Shown in pieces: positions 1 through 10,243 of a stretch of 64,000 nt of DNA. Positions within the stretch are counted from its first letter, which is position 1. The number at the start of each line of letters is the position of its first letter. Made by a program: the position numbers and the translations under genes. The notes under the pieces were generated by a model. It searched no databases. It was not told where the DNA came from and was given only the letters and a program-made list of their open reading frames with translations. Origin of the DNA: Chthoniobacterales bacterium (GTDB taxonomy: Bacteria > Verrucomicrobiota > Verrucomicrobiia > Chthoniobacterales > JACTMZ01); NCBI GenBank assembly GCA_044359955.1, contig JBIKLF010000010.1:1460-65459 (forward strand). Reading direction: 5' to 3'.

Positions 1-65
1 GGGTGTCGGCGTTATCGCGAGGGGGACATCGCGATCCACCTTTGGGCTGGCGGCGAAAGAGAGCT

Positions 66-1094
66 TCAATCCGCGAAAACTTTCGCCCAGTCCTTCTGCA
101 TGTCCACCACAATCCAGCCGCGCTCGGGTGCATCGGCCAGCGCTTCGACGAGTTGGCCGCTGCTTTTGGGCTTTGTGTCGTAAGCGTATTCGCGCTCGGT
201 GTCGGTGTGGTGGATGATGAGACCGAACGACGGACGGGGATTGTCGATCGTGGTGTATTCGAGCATTTCCTTGTCGCCATCGCTGTTGCCGAAGCAGGCG
301 ATCGGGCGGCGGCCGATGAATTGATGGATGGCGACGGGTTTGCCGGCCTTGTCGTCGATGAAGAGGGCGTCCATCGTTTTGAGCAGAACCGGGCCATCCT
401 CGCGCAGTTCGTAGACCGTGCGGGCGTTCGAGCCGACGACCTGCTCGGGCGGCACACCGTAAACGCGCTCGCTGAAGACGCGCATGAAGTCCGCGCCTCC
501 GCCGGAGACGAGAAAGGTTTTGAAGCCGTTCGCGCGCAGGTAGGCCAGCAGTTCCTGCATGGGTTGGTAGGTGAGTTGATCGTAGGGGCGGTCGAAGCGC
601 GGGTGCTTCGCGGTGGCCAACCAATGACGCACGCGGTCGGCGAACTCGACCGTGGTCATGCCGGAGCCGGTCAGTTCGATGATCCGGAAGAGGCCCTTGT
701 AGTGGTCGGCGAGCAAGGCGGGAAGGTTGCCGGCGAGGGCGGCTTGGACGGTGGGATCATCTTTCCACTCCGGTTCCTCGGGCAGTCGGCGTTTGAGTTC
801 GTCCAGCGCGAAGGCCAATTGGAAAGGCATGGGGTTTTCCGGCCAGAGGGTGCCGTCATTGTCGAAGACCGCGATGCGCTCGGCAGGCGGGACGAAGTCC
901 GGCGATTCCTTGTCCGTCACGCGGGTGACAAAATCAACGACCGCCTTTTTCGCCGCCGTGTCGTGCCAGGAGGCGAGGGGAGGCGGGACTTTGCTGACCG
1001 GATCACCCGGGGCGGCGAGGCCGGACGCCGCGGCAAGGAGGAGAGCGATGATCGCGCGATTAGAAACTGATTTCGAAACCAAGAAGTGGACCAT
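66..1094 (-). CDS. Secreted HAD-family hydrolase (non-specific acid phosphatase-like)
   Basis: HAD motif I VFDNDGTLW, motif II VSGG, motif IV FGNSDGD; signal-like N-terminus. Start uncertain (ORF track runs to 1277). Confidence 0.85.
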   Translation of the reverse strand: MVHFLVSKSVSNRAIIALLLAAASGLAAPGDPVSKVPPPLASWHDTAAKKAVVDFVTRVTDKESPDFVPPAERIAVFDNDGTLWPENPMPFQLAFALDELKRRLPEEPEWKDDPTVQAALAGNLPALLADHYKGLFRIIELTGSGMTTVEFADRVRHWLATAKHPRFDRPYDQLTYQPMQELLAYLRANGFKTFLVSGGGADFMRVFSERVYGVPPEQVVGSNARTVYELREDGPVLLKTMDALFIDDKAGKPVAIHQFIGRRPIACFGNSDGDKEMLEYTTIDNPRPSFGLIIHHTDTEREYAYDTKPKSSGQLVEALADAPERGWIVVDMQKDWAKVFAD

Positions 1095-1854
1095 GGGTGT
1101 TGACGTTGTATTCGAAGTTGGCTTGATCATAGTTGTAGCCGAGTGTGCGGTAACCGGCAATGAGCGCAGCCCACTGGCTGATCTGGACGCCGACCCCGGC
1201 GAAAGCCTGCCAGGTGAATTGCGAGTTGGCCCCGAAGCCGCCGACGTCGCCGCGGATTGGAACGAAGAGCCAATCATTCAGGTAGGTGCGCGTGCGCAGA
1301 CCGACGACCGGGTCGATCCAAGTGCGGTCGTAGTAGCGCGACAGGCTCGGGCTTGTCCCGGGTGTCAATTCGAGTTCGAGTCCCATCGAAACAAGACGAA
1401 ATCCCGCCTGCAGATCCATGGTGAAGCGATCCGTCTGGATCACACGGTAGCCGAGGTAGCTGGTCCAGAACAACTCATAGAGCGTACCCTGCAGATCACC
1501 GAAACTGGTTCCGGGCGTGGCTTTGGAGGATTGGAAACGGGCGTAGATGAGGTCGTTCTCCAAGCTCCAGCGGTCGTAGGCGACCTCGGCAACGAACATG
1601 GCGCCGATCTGGAGATTGGAAAGAATGGTCGAAGAATCCATCCCCGCGTCGGTGCTAAGCGGTCCGGCCCCGATGCTGCCGCTGGTCGAGGTCAGCCAGG
1701 CATAAGGCGCGAGGCGGAAGCGCCACGGGGAGGCTTCCTCCTTGGCGGTTTCATCAACCGGCGTGGCAGCGGTGGCGGTGACCAGAGCAATCAAGACAAA
1801 GGCAGCAGCCCGCTGAGGCCAGCGGGCCCTACCGTAACGGACGGCAGTCGGCAT
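1060..1854 (-). CDS. Outer-membrane beta-barrel protein (sulfatase-cluster associated)
   Basis: Signal peptide, amphipathic beta strands, C-terminal Phe (GFEISF); in operon with the sulfatase. Confidence 0.7.
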   Translation of the reverse strand: MPTAVRYGRARWPQRAAAFVLIALVTATAATPVDETAKEEASPWRFRLAPYAWLTSTSGSIGAGPLSTDAGMDSSTILSNLQIGAMFVAEVAYDRWSLENDLIYARFQSSKATPGTSFGDLQGTLYELFWTSYLGYRVIQTDRFTMDLQAGFRLVSMGLELELTPGTSPSLSRYYDRTWIDPVVGLRTRTYLNDWLFVPIRGDVGGFGANSQFTWQAFAGVGVQISQWAALIAGYRTLGYNYDQANFEYNVNTHGPLLGFEISF

Positions 1855-1867
1855 CGGACGTCTTGCT

Positions 1868-3406
1868 TTATTGCTGGACGCTGGTCACGGCTTCCATCAC
1901 GCGGTCGAGATTGAAGCTGCCGGGCTTCTGGCGGGGCGGATAATCTTTGAAGCTCTGCAGCCATTGGCCGACGTAGGCGGTGGCGGGGGCGATGACGAAC
2001 ATGTGCTCGAGATACCAGCGGCCGTAGTCCATGCCGATGTCTTGGGCCAACTCGAACGGATCCATGCGGAGGTTGTTCAGGATGGGCGCGCGCAGTTCGA
2101 CGAAGGGCTGCTGCCAGACGTGCAGCCCATGCGCCTGCTGCTCGAGGAAGGTGATTTTCCAGTTGTCATAGCGCAAGGCGGCGACACTGCCGTCATCGGT
2201 CCAGTAAATGAACTCGCGGCGGGGCCACGCGGCGCCGTCTTTGAAGGCGGGCAGCAGGTTGTAGCCGTCGAGGTGGACCTTGTAATTACGGTCACCGATT
2301 TTGGCCCCTTTGAGCAGTTGCTCTTTGGCCTCGGGGTTGCCGGCGGCCGCGACGAGGGTGGGCAACATATCTTCGTGGGCGGCGATGTCATTGATCACCG
2401 TGCCGGGCTGGATGGTGCCCGGCCAGCGGATCATGGCGGGAACGCGGTAGCCGCCTTCCCACTGGGTGTTTTTCTCGCCGCGGAACATGGTCGTGCCTCC
2501 GTCGGGCCAGGTGAAAGCTTCGGCGCCGTTGTCGGTCGAATACATCACAATGGTATTTTCCTCTAGGCCGAGTTCCTTGAGTTTGGCCAGAACCAGGCCG
2601 ACGTGTCCGTCATGCTCGACCATCCCGTCGGCGTAGATGCCGAGGCCGGTCTTGCCGTCCGATTCTTCCTTCAGGTGGGTGAAGATGTGCATGCGGGTCG
2701 AGTTCCACCAGAGGAAGAAGGGTTTGTCGTCCTTGGCCGCCCGTTCCATGAAGTCGAGGGCCTTGGCGTTGACCTCCTCGTCGATGGTCTCCATGCGCTT
2801 GCGGGTCAGCGGGCCGGTATCCTCGATTTTCCCGTCGGCGAAACTGTGGATGACGCCGCGTGGTGCCCATTTCTTTTTGAACTCGGGGGTTTGCGGATAG
2901 TCAGGGTGCTCGGGTTCTTCCTCGGCGTTGAGGTGGTAAAGGTTGCCGAAAAATTCATCGAAGCCGTGGTTGGTCGGCAACATGTCGTCGGTGTCACCCA
3001 AATGGTTTTTGCCGAATTGTCCGGTGACATAGCCCTGAGCTTTGAGCAGCGTGGCGATGGTCGGATCCTCTTCCTTCATGCCCTCGGGTGCACCCGGCAG
3101 GCCGACCTTGGTCAGGCCGGTGCGGATGGGGGATTGTCCGGTGATGAAGGCGGCGCGTCCCGCGGTGCAGGATTGCTGGCCATACCAGTCGGTGAAGAGC
3201 GCGCCTTGTTTGGCGATGCTGTCGATGTTGGGTGTCTTGTAACCCATCATGCCCATGTTGTAGGCGCTGATGTTGAACTGCCCGATGTCGTCACCCCAGA
3301 TGACGAGGATGTTCGGTTTCTTGGCGGTTTCCTGCGCGGCGGCCGGGTGGAGGCCGAGGGCGACGATGGTGACCGCCATGAGGGCGGCGAGGGTGTGTGG
3401 CTTCAT
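1868..3406 (-). CDS. Arylsulfatase (Cys-type, formylglycine-dependent)
   Basis: KPNILVIWGDD, SCTAGRAAFITG, GKNHLG, TDNG motifs; signal peptide from MKPHTLAAL. Confidence 0.92.
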   Translation of the reverse strand: MKPHTLAALMAVTIVALGLHPAAAQETAKKPNILVIWGDDIGQFNISAYNMGMMGYKTPNIDSIAKQGALFTDWYGQQSCTAGRAAFITGQSPIRTGLTKVGLPGAPEGMKEEDPTIATLLKAQGYVTGQFGKNHLGDTDDMLPTNHGFDEFFGNLYHLNAEEEPEHPDYPQTPEFKKKWAPRGVIHSFADGKIEDTGPLTRKRMETIDEEVNAKALDFMERAAKDDKPFFLWWNSTRMHIFTHLKEESDGKTGLGIYADGMVEHDGHVGLVLAKLKELGLEENTIVMYSTDNGAEAFTWPDGGTTMFRGEKNTQWEGGYRVPAMIRWPGTIQPGTVINDIAAHEDMLPTLVAAAGNPEAKEQLLKGAKIGDRNYKVHLDGYNLLPAFKDGAAWPRREFIYWTDDGSVAALRYDNWKITFLEQQAHGLHVWQQPFVELRAPILNNLRMDPFELAQDIGMDYGRWYLEHMFVIAPATAYVGQWLQSFKDYPPRQKPGSFNLDRVMEAVTSVQQ

Positions 3407-3542
3407 GTGAGATTGATTCGTGGGGCCAGACCTTGGGGGCGGGGGCCTTTTTCTACTATGCAAAAACAGCGGAAAAGCACAGAAACTCCGAGGCGATCTT
3501 GATTCGCCGGCGGATGGCGCCGGGTTTTATTGATGAGTCTAT

Positions 3543-4541
3543 ATGCAGGCGCAAAATCCCAAACCGTCCCCTGCGGCCCAGCAGGTCTTGAGTGGCGTGA
3601 TCCGCCGCGATGGCATCGAGGACATGAGTGGAGCGGTGCGGAATTTCTTCGACCTTGAGGCGGTGCAACTCGAGCCCGGCGTGTGTCGTTGCCAGATCGA
3701 TTTTGTGGCGGCCGGCCGAGTGTTTTTTTATCGCGAGCATTATCCGCTGCGCACCCAGCTGGTTGGCGAACTGCTGCACCACCGTTTCGGCTTTGCCATT
3801 CCGGAGGAGGGACCGGGTATCAAATTCGACGGGGAGCAAATGGATGGTTGCCGTCTGGCCTCGGCGATGACGGGCGAGCAGATGGATGTGTTTGCGCCGG
3901 GCGGACTGAAGCAATTTGTCGTCCTGATCGATCACGCGCATTTGCTCAGGCTGGCCGAGGAAACAAATCTGCCGTGGGCGGTGCAGCAGGCGCTGCGCCC
4001 CGGACGTTCCACCATGCCACTGGTCTCCAAGCCGAGTGCCGTCTCCGCCCTCAGCCGCCGTCTCCGCCAGGTGCTGCGCCAAGCGGCGGCCGGGAGACTG
4101 CAGATGGAGCCGGCCGCCCTGGAGGATTGGATCTACGCGGAGGCGCTCTCGATCTTGGATATCACGGGGCACCCGTGCGGACGGCCGCCGGCGGCGGTGG
4201 TGGTGCGGCGGGCAACGGAGATCGCCGACGCGCAACCCGGACCTTGGCGCATCGCGTCCTTGTGCAGTCAACTCCACGTCAGCCCGAGCACGCTGCAATA
4301 TGCTTTCAAGACCATCACCGGTCTGTCGCCCCATGCCTTTTTTCTGCATCGCAAGCTGAACCGGGCGCGGGTCGCCTTGCTGCGCGCGCACCCCGGAGAA
4401 TCCAAGGTGACCGACATCGCCGTTGATTTGGGCTTCAGCGAACTCGGCCGCTTCTCCGTGCGTTACCGCCGGCTCTTTGGAGAAAGCCCTTCGGAAACCC
4501 TGCGCCGGTCGCCAAGGATTTCGACCTTCGGCGGGTTTTGA
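3543..4541 (+). CDS. AraC-family (EutR-like) transcriptional regulator
   Basis: C-terminal double HTH (VTDIAVDLGFSELGRFSVRYRRLFGESPS); divergent from the sulfatase operon. Confidence 0.88.
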   Translation: MQAQNPKPSPAAQQVLSGVIRRDGIEDMSGAVRNFFDLEAVQLEPGVCRCQIDFVAAGRVFFYREHYPLRTQLVGELLHHRFGFAIPEEGPGIKFDGEQMDGCRLASAMTGEQMDVFAPGGLKQFVVLIDHAHLLRLAEETNLPWAVQQALRPGRSTMPLVSKPSAVSALSRRLRQVLRQAAAGRLQMEPAALEDWIYAEALSILDITGHPCGRPPAAVVVRRATEIADAQPGPWRIASLCSQLHVSPSTLQYAFKTITGLSPHAFFLHRKLNRARVALLRAHPGESKVTDIAVDLGFSELGRFSVRYRRLFGESPSETLRRSPRISTFGGF

Positions 4542-4900
4542 GCGGCTTAGCCGTAAAAATTCAAAACGGGCGCGGATTCGAGCAGGGCACCGACGCATCC
4601 TTTTCTCCGCTGGTGCGCAGAGACGCTCACCAAACAGTTACACGAGGGGCCCATCGCCTTGGGACATTGTCCTTCGGCCCCGGGGTAGGGTCGGACCTCC
4701 GGGCCGACCGCGAACCTTCTCGGGGATTCGACGCGGCCGGTCCCAACCGGAACGCAGTGAAGATGGCCCCTAGGCAAAGGCCCAGCCCTACCACTCGATC
4801 AATAGTCGAAAAGAAAAGGACGTTGGGATTAGTCAACTCTCGCCCAGGCGCGCCTCTGGGGCAGCGCCGGAAAAGGCAGAATGTTTTGCATCGTTACGGC

Positions 4901-6547
4901 TCAGTGTGCTCGTAAAATTCTGGCCAGTTCCGCGATGCCTTCGGGATTTTCGTGGGCGCCGTGGCCGGAGGGGACGATTTTTTCGGAGCGCGCCTCGTTA
5001 AGGTGGGAACTCCAGTAAGGCACGACGCCGTCGGAACTGTTCGGTGCGTCGCCCTTGCCGCGGTCGCCGATGATGGAGTGGTAGGGCACGCTGGGTTTCA
5101 TCGGGAGATTGAGGATGGCGGCCAGGAGTGGTGACCTGGCGCGGAGGAAGACGATGCTGTTGGCGGGGGCGACAAACAGTTCGCGCAGTTCTTGGCGCAG
5201 GGCCTGGCGGATGGTGATCATATCGCGCTGGGCAATGGTGAAGGGAAGGCGCACGAGGCGGGCGAAAAATTCAGCGAAGGGATTCACCGCCAAATCGCTT
5301 CCGCGGTGCGGGGTGGCGAAGAAAACCACCCGGCCCACGTCGTTGCGCGGGCCGAAGTTGATGATCCTGAGCAGGCGCTCCCTGGTCTGCGGAGTGAGGT
5401 CGAGCTTTTCCGGCGGCGTATTCATGAACTGCTGCCAGAGATGCTTCCCGCCGGTGCGGATTTGCAGCCCGGAGACGAGTCCGCCCATGCTGTGTCCGAC
5501 CAGCACCATGCGGTCGAGGTTCGGGTTGGCCCGGCGCGGATCGAGTGTGGTGCGGAAGCGGTCCATCTCCTCGCGCAACTTCGCCGCCGTGGCCCAGACG
5601 GGCAGGCCGGTCGGGTAGAGGAAAAACCAGAATTGATAGCGCTCGCGGATCTTTTCGTCGGCCAGCAACTCGTTGACGGCCGGCACCCAGGTTTCGGGAC
5701 GCGACATGAGGCCGTGGACAAAGACCACGGGGATTTTGTCGGGATCATAGGGGGAAAATTGGAAGAGGCCGGCCTGGTCCATGGTCAGATCGGTGCGGAT
5801 GAGCGAACGGATATCCATGCTGCGGTTGCGGCCTTTGGAGAGCATGTAAGCGAGCGGAGCGGTGAAATCGGCGGCGAGCTTGGCACGACGTCCGTTGATG
5901 ATCACATCGTCGTCCTTGCTCGTGCGGTAGAAAACGAGCTGCGGTTGGCCGCGATCGGACTGCAAGACGGCGGTGACGGCTTCGGTAATTCCGGCCTGCG
6001 GAGGGATCCCGGGTTGTCCGCTCAGGTGCGGCGAGGACGGCACATAGCGCACCACGTAGGGCGCGCCCGCGCCATCTTGGGTGGTGCGAACGCGCAGCCT
6101 TTCGATACGCAAAGCGGAGGCCGGAAGGAGTTCGTCCGCGCTGCGCGGGTCCATGGTCCGGTCCGAACCACCGGCCACGCGCAGGGTCTTGCCGTTCCGC
6201 AAGGTGACCGGCGCGAATTGGCGCGCCTGCAGCGCGGAAACCAGGGTCTCGGTCGCCGTTTGATGGATCTGTTGTTGCATGCTGCCGGGCCGTGCGGTGT
6301 TGGTCAGGCGTATGGCCTCGACGAGGTCCGAAATTTTCTCCGTCTCGCCCACGCCGCGCCCGACCGCCTGTTTGAGGAGTGCGGCGGCGCGGTCGTCACC
6401 ATTGTGCGCCGCCAAATTCCGCGCCTCGCCTTGCCGGGCCGATAAATTTTGCACCTGCAAGCCGACGACGGTGCAACCGGTGGAGAGTGAGACCATGGCG
6501 AGGGCGGCCAAGGCGTGGAGGGTGGCGAGAGGAGGACGGGCAAACAT
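4901..6547 (-). CDS. Alpha/beta hydrolase (esterase/lipase), probable lipoprotein
   Basis: VFVHGL, GHSMGG nucleophile elbow, TPHRGS, DGVVPYWS, terminal His; lipobox-like STGC. Confidence 0.8.
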   Translation of the reverse strand: MFARPPLATLHALAALAMVSLSTGCTVVGLQVQNLSARQGEARNLAAHNGDDRAAALLKQAVGRGVGETEKISDLVEAIRLTNTARPGSMQQQIHQTATETLVSALQARQFAPVTLRNGKTLRVAGGSDRTMDPRSADELLPASALRIERLRVRTTQDGAGAPYVVRYVPSSPHLSGQPGIPPQAGITEAVTAVLQSDRGQPQLVFYRTSKDDDVIINGRRAKLAADFTAPLAYMLSKGRNRSMDIRSLIRTDLTMDQAGLFQFSPYDPDKIPVVFVHGLMSRPETWVPAVNELLADEKIRERYQFWFFLYPTGLPVWATAAKLREEMDRFRTTLDPRRANPNLDRMVLVGHSMGGLVSGLQIRTGGKHLWQQFMNTPPEKLDLTPQTRERLLRIINFGPRNDVGRVVFFATPHRGSDLAVNPFAEFFARLVRLPFTIAQRDMITIRQALRQELRELFVAPANSIVFLRARSPLLAAILNLPMKPSVPYHSIIGDRGKGDAPNSSDGVVPYWSSHLNEARSEKIVPSGHGAHENPEGIAELARILRAH

Positions 6548-6591
6548 GGCAAAGTGAACCTATCGGGATGGGCGGTGATGGAAAGCCTGCC

Positions 6592-7932
6592 CTATGCTTC
6601 CGGCGCTTGGGTAAAGAGCGTGCGCCAGTGTGCCAGGCGTTCGGCGATGCGTTTTTCTTCGCCGCGGTCGGAGGGCTCGTAGAAGACGCGGCCCTCGGGC
6701 AGGTAGGCCTGCGGGACGTAGGCGTCGGGGAAGTCGTGGGAATATTGGTAGGAGGGGGCAGGATCGGTCTCACCGGCGGTTTTGGGGTGTTTGTCGCGCA
6801 GATGCTCGGGGACGGCGAGGGTGCGGCCTTTTTGCAGGTCGGATTGTGCGGCCCGGAGTCCGGCGTAGGCCGTGTTGCTCTTCGGCGCGGTGGCCAGATA
6901 AACGGTGGCGTGGGCCAACGGGATCTGCGCCTCGGGCAAGCCGAGGAATTCGCAGGCCTGCTGGGCGGCGACGGCGAGGAGCAGCCCGCGGGAGTCGGCC
7001 AGGCCGATGTCCTCGCTGGCGGCAATGACGAGGCGCCGGGCGATGAAGCGGATGTCTTCCCCGGCATGGAGCATTTTGGCCAACCAATAGAGCGCGGCAT
7101 CGGGATCGCTGCCGCGGATGCTTTTGATGAAGGCGCTGATCGTATCGTAGTGCGCATCATCCTTGGCATCGTAGACCACGGCTTTGCGTTGGATGCTTTC
7201 CTCGATGACGGCGCGGGTCAGGCGGATGGAGCCATCCGCCGAAGGTTCGGTGGTCAGTGCGGCCAACTCGAGGGCGTTGAGGCAGCGGCGGGCGTCCCCG
7301 TCGCAAATTTCGCCCAGATGCGCGGCAGCCTCTTCATCAAGGCTGATCTTTCGGGCGCCCAGACCGCGTTCCGCATCGGTCAAAGCACGGTCCAGGAGCG
7401 CGCGCAGATTTGCGAACGAGAGCGGACGAAGCTCGAAGACGAGCGAGCGGGAGACAAGCGGGCTGTTGACGTAGAAAAATGGATTCATCGTCGTCGCCCC
7501 GATCAGTCGCACCGTGCCGCGCTCCACGTCGGGGAGGAGGACATCCTGCTGGGCTTTGTTGAAGCGGTGGATTTCGTCGATGAAGAGCACGGTGCGGGTG
7601 CCGTCGCGGGCGAGGCGCAGGGCGGCGGCGGCCATGACCTTGCGCATTTCGGCCACCGTGCTCTCCACGCCGCTCAGGCGCTCGAAGCGGGCGTCGGTGG
7701 TGCGGGCGATGATCTCGGCCAAGCTGGTCTTGCCCGTGCCGGGCGGACCGTAGAGGACGACGGACGAAAACCGGTCGGCTTCGATGGCGCGACGGAGAAG
7801 TTTGCCGGGCCCGAGGATGTGTTCCTGCCCGGCGTATTCGTCCAAGGATCGCGGCCGCATCCGCTCGGCCAGCGGGGCGTGGGCCGCCGCGGTGGAGGTT
7901 GCCTCGGCGGCGAAAAGGTCGTCGGAGGCCAT
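6592..7932 (-). CDS. rarA: Replication-associated recombination protein A (MgsA/RarA)
   Basis: PLAERMRP, Walker A GPPGTGKT, DEIHRFNKAQQD, SAFIKSIRGSDPDAALYW. Confidence 0.95.
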   Translation of the reverse strand: MASDDLFAAEATSTAAAHAPLAERMRPRSLDEYAGQEHILGPGKLLRRAIEADRFSSVVLYGPPGTGKTSLAEIIARTTDARFERLSGVESTVAEMRKVMAAAALRLARDGTRTVLFIDEIHRFNKAQQDVLLPDVERGTVRLIGATTMNPFFYVNSPLVSRSLVFELRPLSFANLRALLDRALTDAERGLGARKISLDEEAAAHLGEICDGDARRCLNALELAALTTEPSADGSIRLTRAVIEESIQRKAVVYDAKDDAHYDTISAFIKSIRGSDPDAALYWLAKMLHAGEDIRFIARRLVIAASEDIGLADSRGLLLAVAAQQACEFLGLPEAQIPLAHATVYLATAPKSNTAYAGLRAAQSDLQKGRTLAVPEHLRDKHPKTAGETDPAPSYQYSHDFPDAYVPQAYLPEGRVFYEPSDRGEEKRIAERLAHWRTLFTQAPEA

Positions 7933-7987
7933 AATCAGACTAATTTAGCTTGGACCCGCGGCGGGGCGAGGCGGATATTGCCTGACT

Positions 7988-9250
7988 ATGGCGGACTTGG
8001 GGCAACAGATGGAGGAACTCGGGCAAAAGGCGCGTGCGGCGGCGCGGGTCCTGGCCTTGTCTTCGAAGGATCAAAAAAATGCGGCGCTCATGGCCATGGC
8101 CGATGCCTTGGGGGCTTCCGGGGAGGATATTCTCGCCGCCAACGGCCGGGATCTCGCGGCGGCACCGGGCTATGGTCTCAATGCGGCGGCGGTGGATCGT
8201 CTCAAGCTGGATGCCGCACGCATCCGGGCCATGGCGGAAGGCGTGCGCCAGGTGGCGTCCTTGCCCGATCCGTGCGGGGAAATCATCCGCGAATGGACGC
8301 GTCCCAACGGGATAACCATCACCAAGATCCGCGTGCCGATCGGGGTGGCCGGGATTATTTACGAGTCGCGTCCGAATGTTACGGCCGATGCGGCGGTGCT
8401 TTGTTTGAAATCCGGCAATGCGTGCATTCTCCGCGGTGGCAAGGAGGCGATTCATTCGAATACGGCAATCGCGCGGGCCCTTTCCGCGGGGGCGGTCAAG
8501 GCGGGGTTGCCGGCGGAGGTGATTCAATTGGTGCCTTTCACCGACCGCGAGGGGGTGCGGTTGTTGGCGCAGATGGACCGCTACCTTGATGTGATCGTGC
8601 CGCGGGGTGGTCATGCGCTGATCGAAGCGGTCGTCGAGCACGCCCGCATGCCGGTCATCAAGCATTACCACGGGGTGTGTCATGTCTATGTGGATCAGGC
8701 GGCGGACCTCGCGATGGCTGAAGAAATCGCGGTCAATGCCAAGTGCCAGCGTCCGGGGGTGTGCAACGCGATGGAGACCTTGCTGGTCCACCGTGAGGTG
8801 GCGGAGAAATTTTTACCCTCCGTGGCCCGGGCGCTGCGGGACCAAGGGGTCGAGTTGCGGGGCGACCGGCGCACTGTTGAAGTGCTCGGTGCGGGGATCA
8901 AAGCGGCTACCGAGGAAGATTGGACGACGGAATACCTCGATCTGATCCTGAGCATTCGCGTGGTCGATTCGCTCGAAGCGGCGATCGACCACATCGAGCA
9001 TTACGGTTCGCATCACAGTGATTCCATCGTGACAACCGATGAGGCGGCGGCGCGCAAATTTCTGGCCGCGGTCGATTCGGCGGCGGTCTTCTGGAATGTG
9101 TCGACGCGTTTCAGCGACGGCGGAGAATTCGGCTTTGGCGCGGAAATCGGGATTAGCACGGACAAATTGCACGCGCGCGGGCCGATGGGGTTGGAGGAAT
9201 TGACGACCTACAAGTATCTCGTGACCGGCGACGGGCAGGTGCGGGGTTGA
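7988..9250 (+). CDS. proA: Glutamate-5-semialdehyde dehydrogenase
   Basis: [43 protein letters not shown]. Confidence 0.96.
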   Translation: MADLGQQMEELGQKARAAARVLALSSKDQKNAALMAMADALGASGEDILAANGRDLAAAPGYGLNAAAVDRLKLDAARIRAMAEGVRQVASLPDPCGEIIREWTRPNGITITKIRVPIGVAGIIYESRPNVTADAAVLCLKSGNACILRGGKEAIHSNTAIARALSAGAVKAGLPAEVIQLVPFTDREGVRLLAQMDRYLDVIVPRGGHALIEAVVEHARMPVIKHYHGVCHVYVDQAADLAMAEEIAVNAKCQRPGVCNAMETLLVHREVAEKFLPSVARALRDQGVELRGDRRTVEVLGAGIKAATEEDWTTEYLDLILSIRVVDSLEAAIDHIEHYGSHHSDSIVTTDEAAARKFLAAVDSAAVFWNVSTRFSDGGEFGFGAEIGISTDKLHARGPMGLEELTTYKYLVTGDGQVRG

Positions 9251-9253
9251 GCG

Positions 9254-9529
9254 ATGGGGAAAACGTTGCAGGTTTTTTACGAGGGTCGCGTGCAGGGCGT
9301 GGGCTTTCGTTACACGGCGCGGCGGGTCGCGGCGGGGTATGATGTGGCGGGCTATGTGCGAAACCTTCCGGACGGGCGGGTTGAATTGGTCGCCTCGGGG
9401 GATGACGAGGAGGTGGACGGATTTTTGCAGGGGTTGCGGGAGAGCGAGTTGGCGGGGCATATGGCCACGGAAGAAGTGGGCGAGATCGGCAAACCGGCGG
9501 GCTTGCGTGGATTTGAAATCCGTTATTAG
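9254..9529 (+). CDS. acyP: Acylphosphatase
   Basis: GRVQGVGFR and GYVRNLPDGRVE signatures. Confidence 0.93.
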   Translation: MGKTLQVFYEGRVQGVGFRYTARRVAAGYDVAGYVRNLPDGRVELVASGDDEEVDGFLQGLRESELAGHMATEEVGEIGKPAGLRGFEIRY

Positions 9530-9620
9530 TCCCTGAACCCGCGCGTTGGCGGGTGTGGTTGGGGAGTAACTGGGGCCGGCGTCGACTGTGAGCTTGGGCA
9601 GGCAGAGGCAAGAAAGCCAC
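9528..9620. repeat. Dispersed intergenic element, family A (AGTCCCTGAACCCGCGCG..GGCGGGTGTGGTTGGGGAGTAACTGGGG)
   Basis: Near-identical copy at 29312-29403; shorter copies at 9851-9900, 30591-30635 (inverted) and 47322-47347; partial copies near 14869 and 54267. Confidence 0.85.
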
Positions 9621-9850
9621 GAATAGAAGAAGATGGCAGAAGATGGTGTTTGCGCCGCTGACACGGCGCAAACACAGTCCCCGGAGAGATGCCATGAGCG
9701 GGGCGCGTGTCAGCGCGCCCCGCTTATCCTCTTTCATCTTCTTCTATTTGAACGCTTCGCTCAGCTCTCCGAGCTGTCTGTCTCGCTGCGCTCGGCTGTA
9801 GCCTGTCTTTAGTCCCTTTCGAGAGAGTAACTCTCATTGAGTTAGTGGGG

Positions 9851-10025
9851 AGTCCCTGAACCCGCGCGTTGGCGGGTGTGTGCTGGGAGTAACTGGGGCT
9901 ACCACCACTGCCAAGGGCACTGCCAAGGGCAAAGGCACCGACGCTCATAGAGCGCCGCTACATCTCCACAAAAACTTGTAGCGGCGGTCTATGACCGTCG
10001 CTGCCTGAAAACACTTCGAGTTACT
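9851..10025. repeat. Family A element with nested GTAG-type REP pair
   Basis: Matches the uninterrupted 14869-14916 element except for a 93-bp insert (9913-10005). Confidence 0.7.
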
Positions 10026-10243
10026 TGGGAGGGAACCGCGGAGGGGGGGGAGATGGGGGGAGCGGAGGGACGAGGGGCTGAGACCTGAACCGGAGGCCGC
10101 AGGCCGGAGATAGGTCGCCGCAGCGACCAAAGCTGAGTGAAGGGTGGATGATGGGAGAAGGTTTGGGTGGAGTGTATTTTTCTGGCTCCTCGGTGGTTAA
10201 AAAAATCGAGGTTGGGAAAGCGGTCATGACTGGGTTATGAGAG

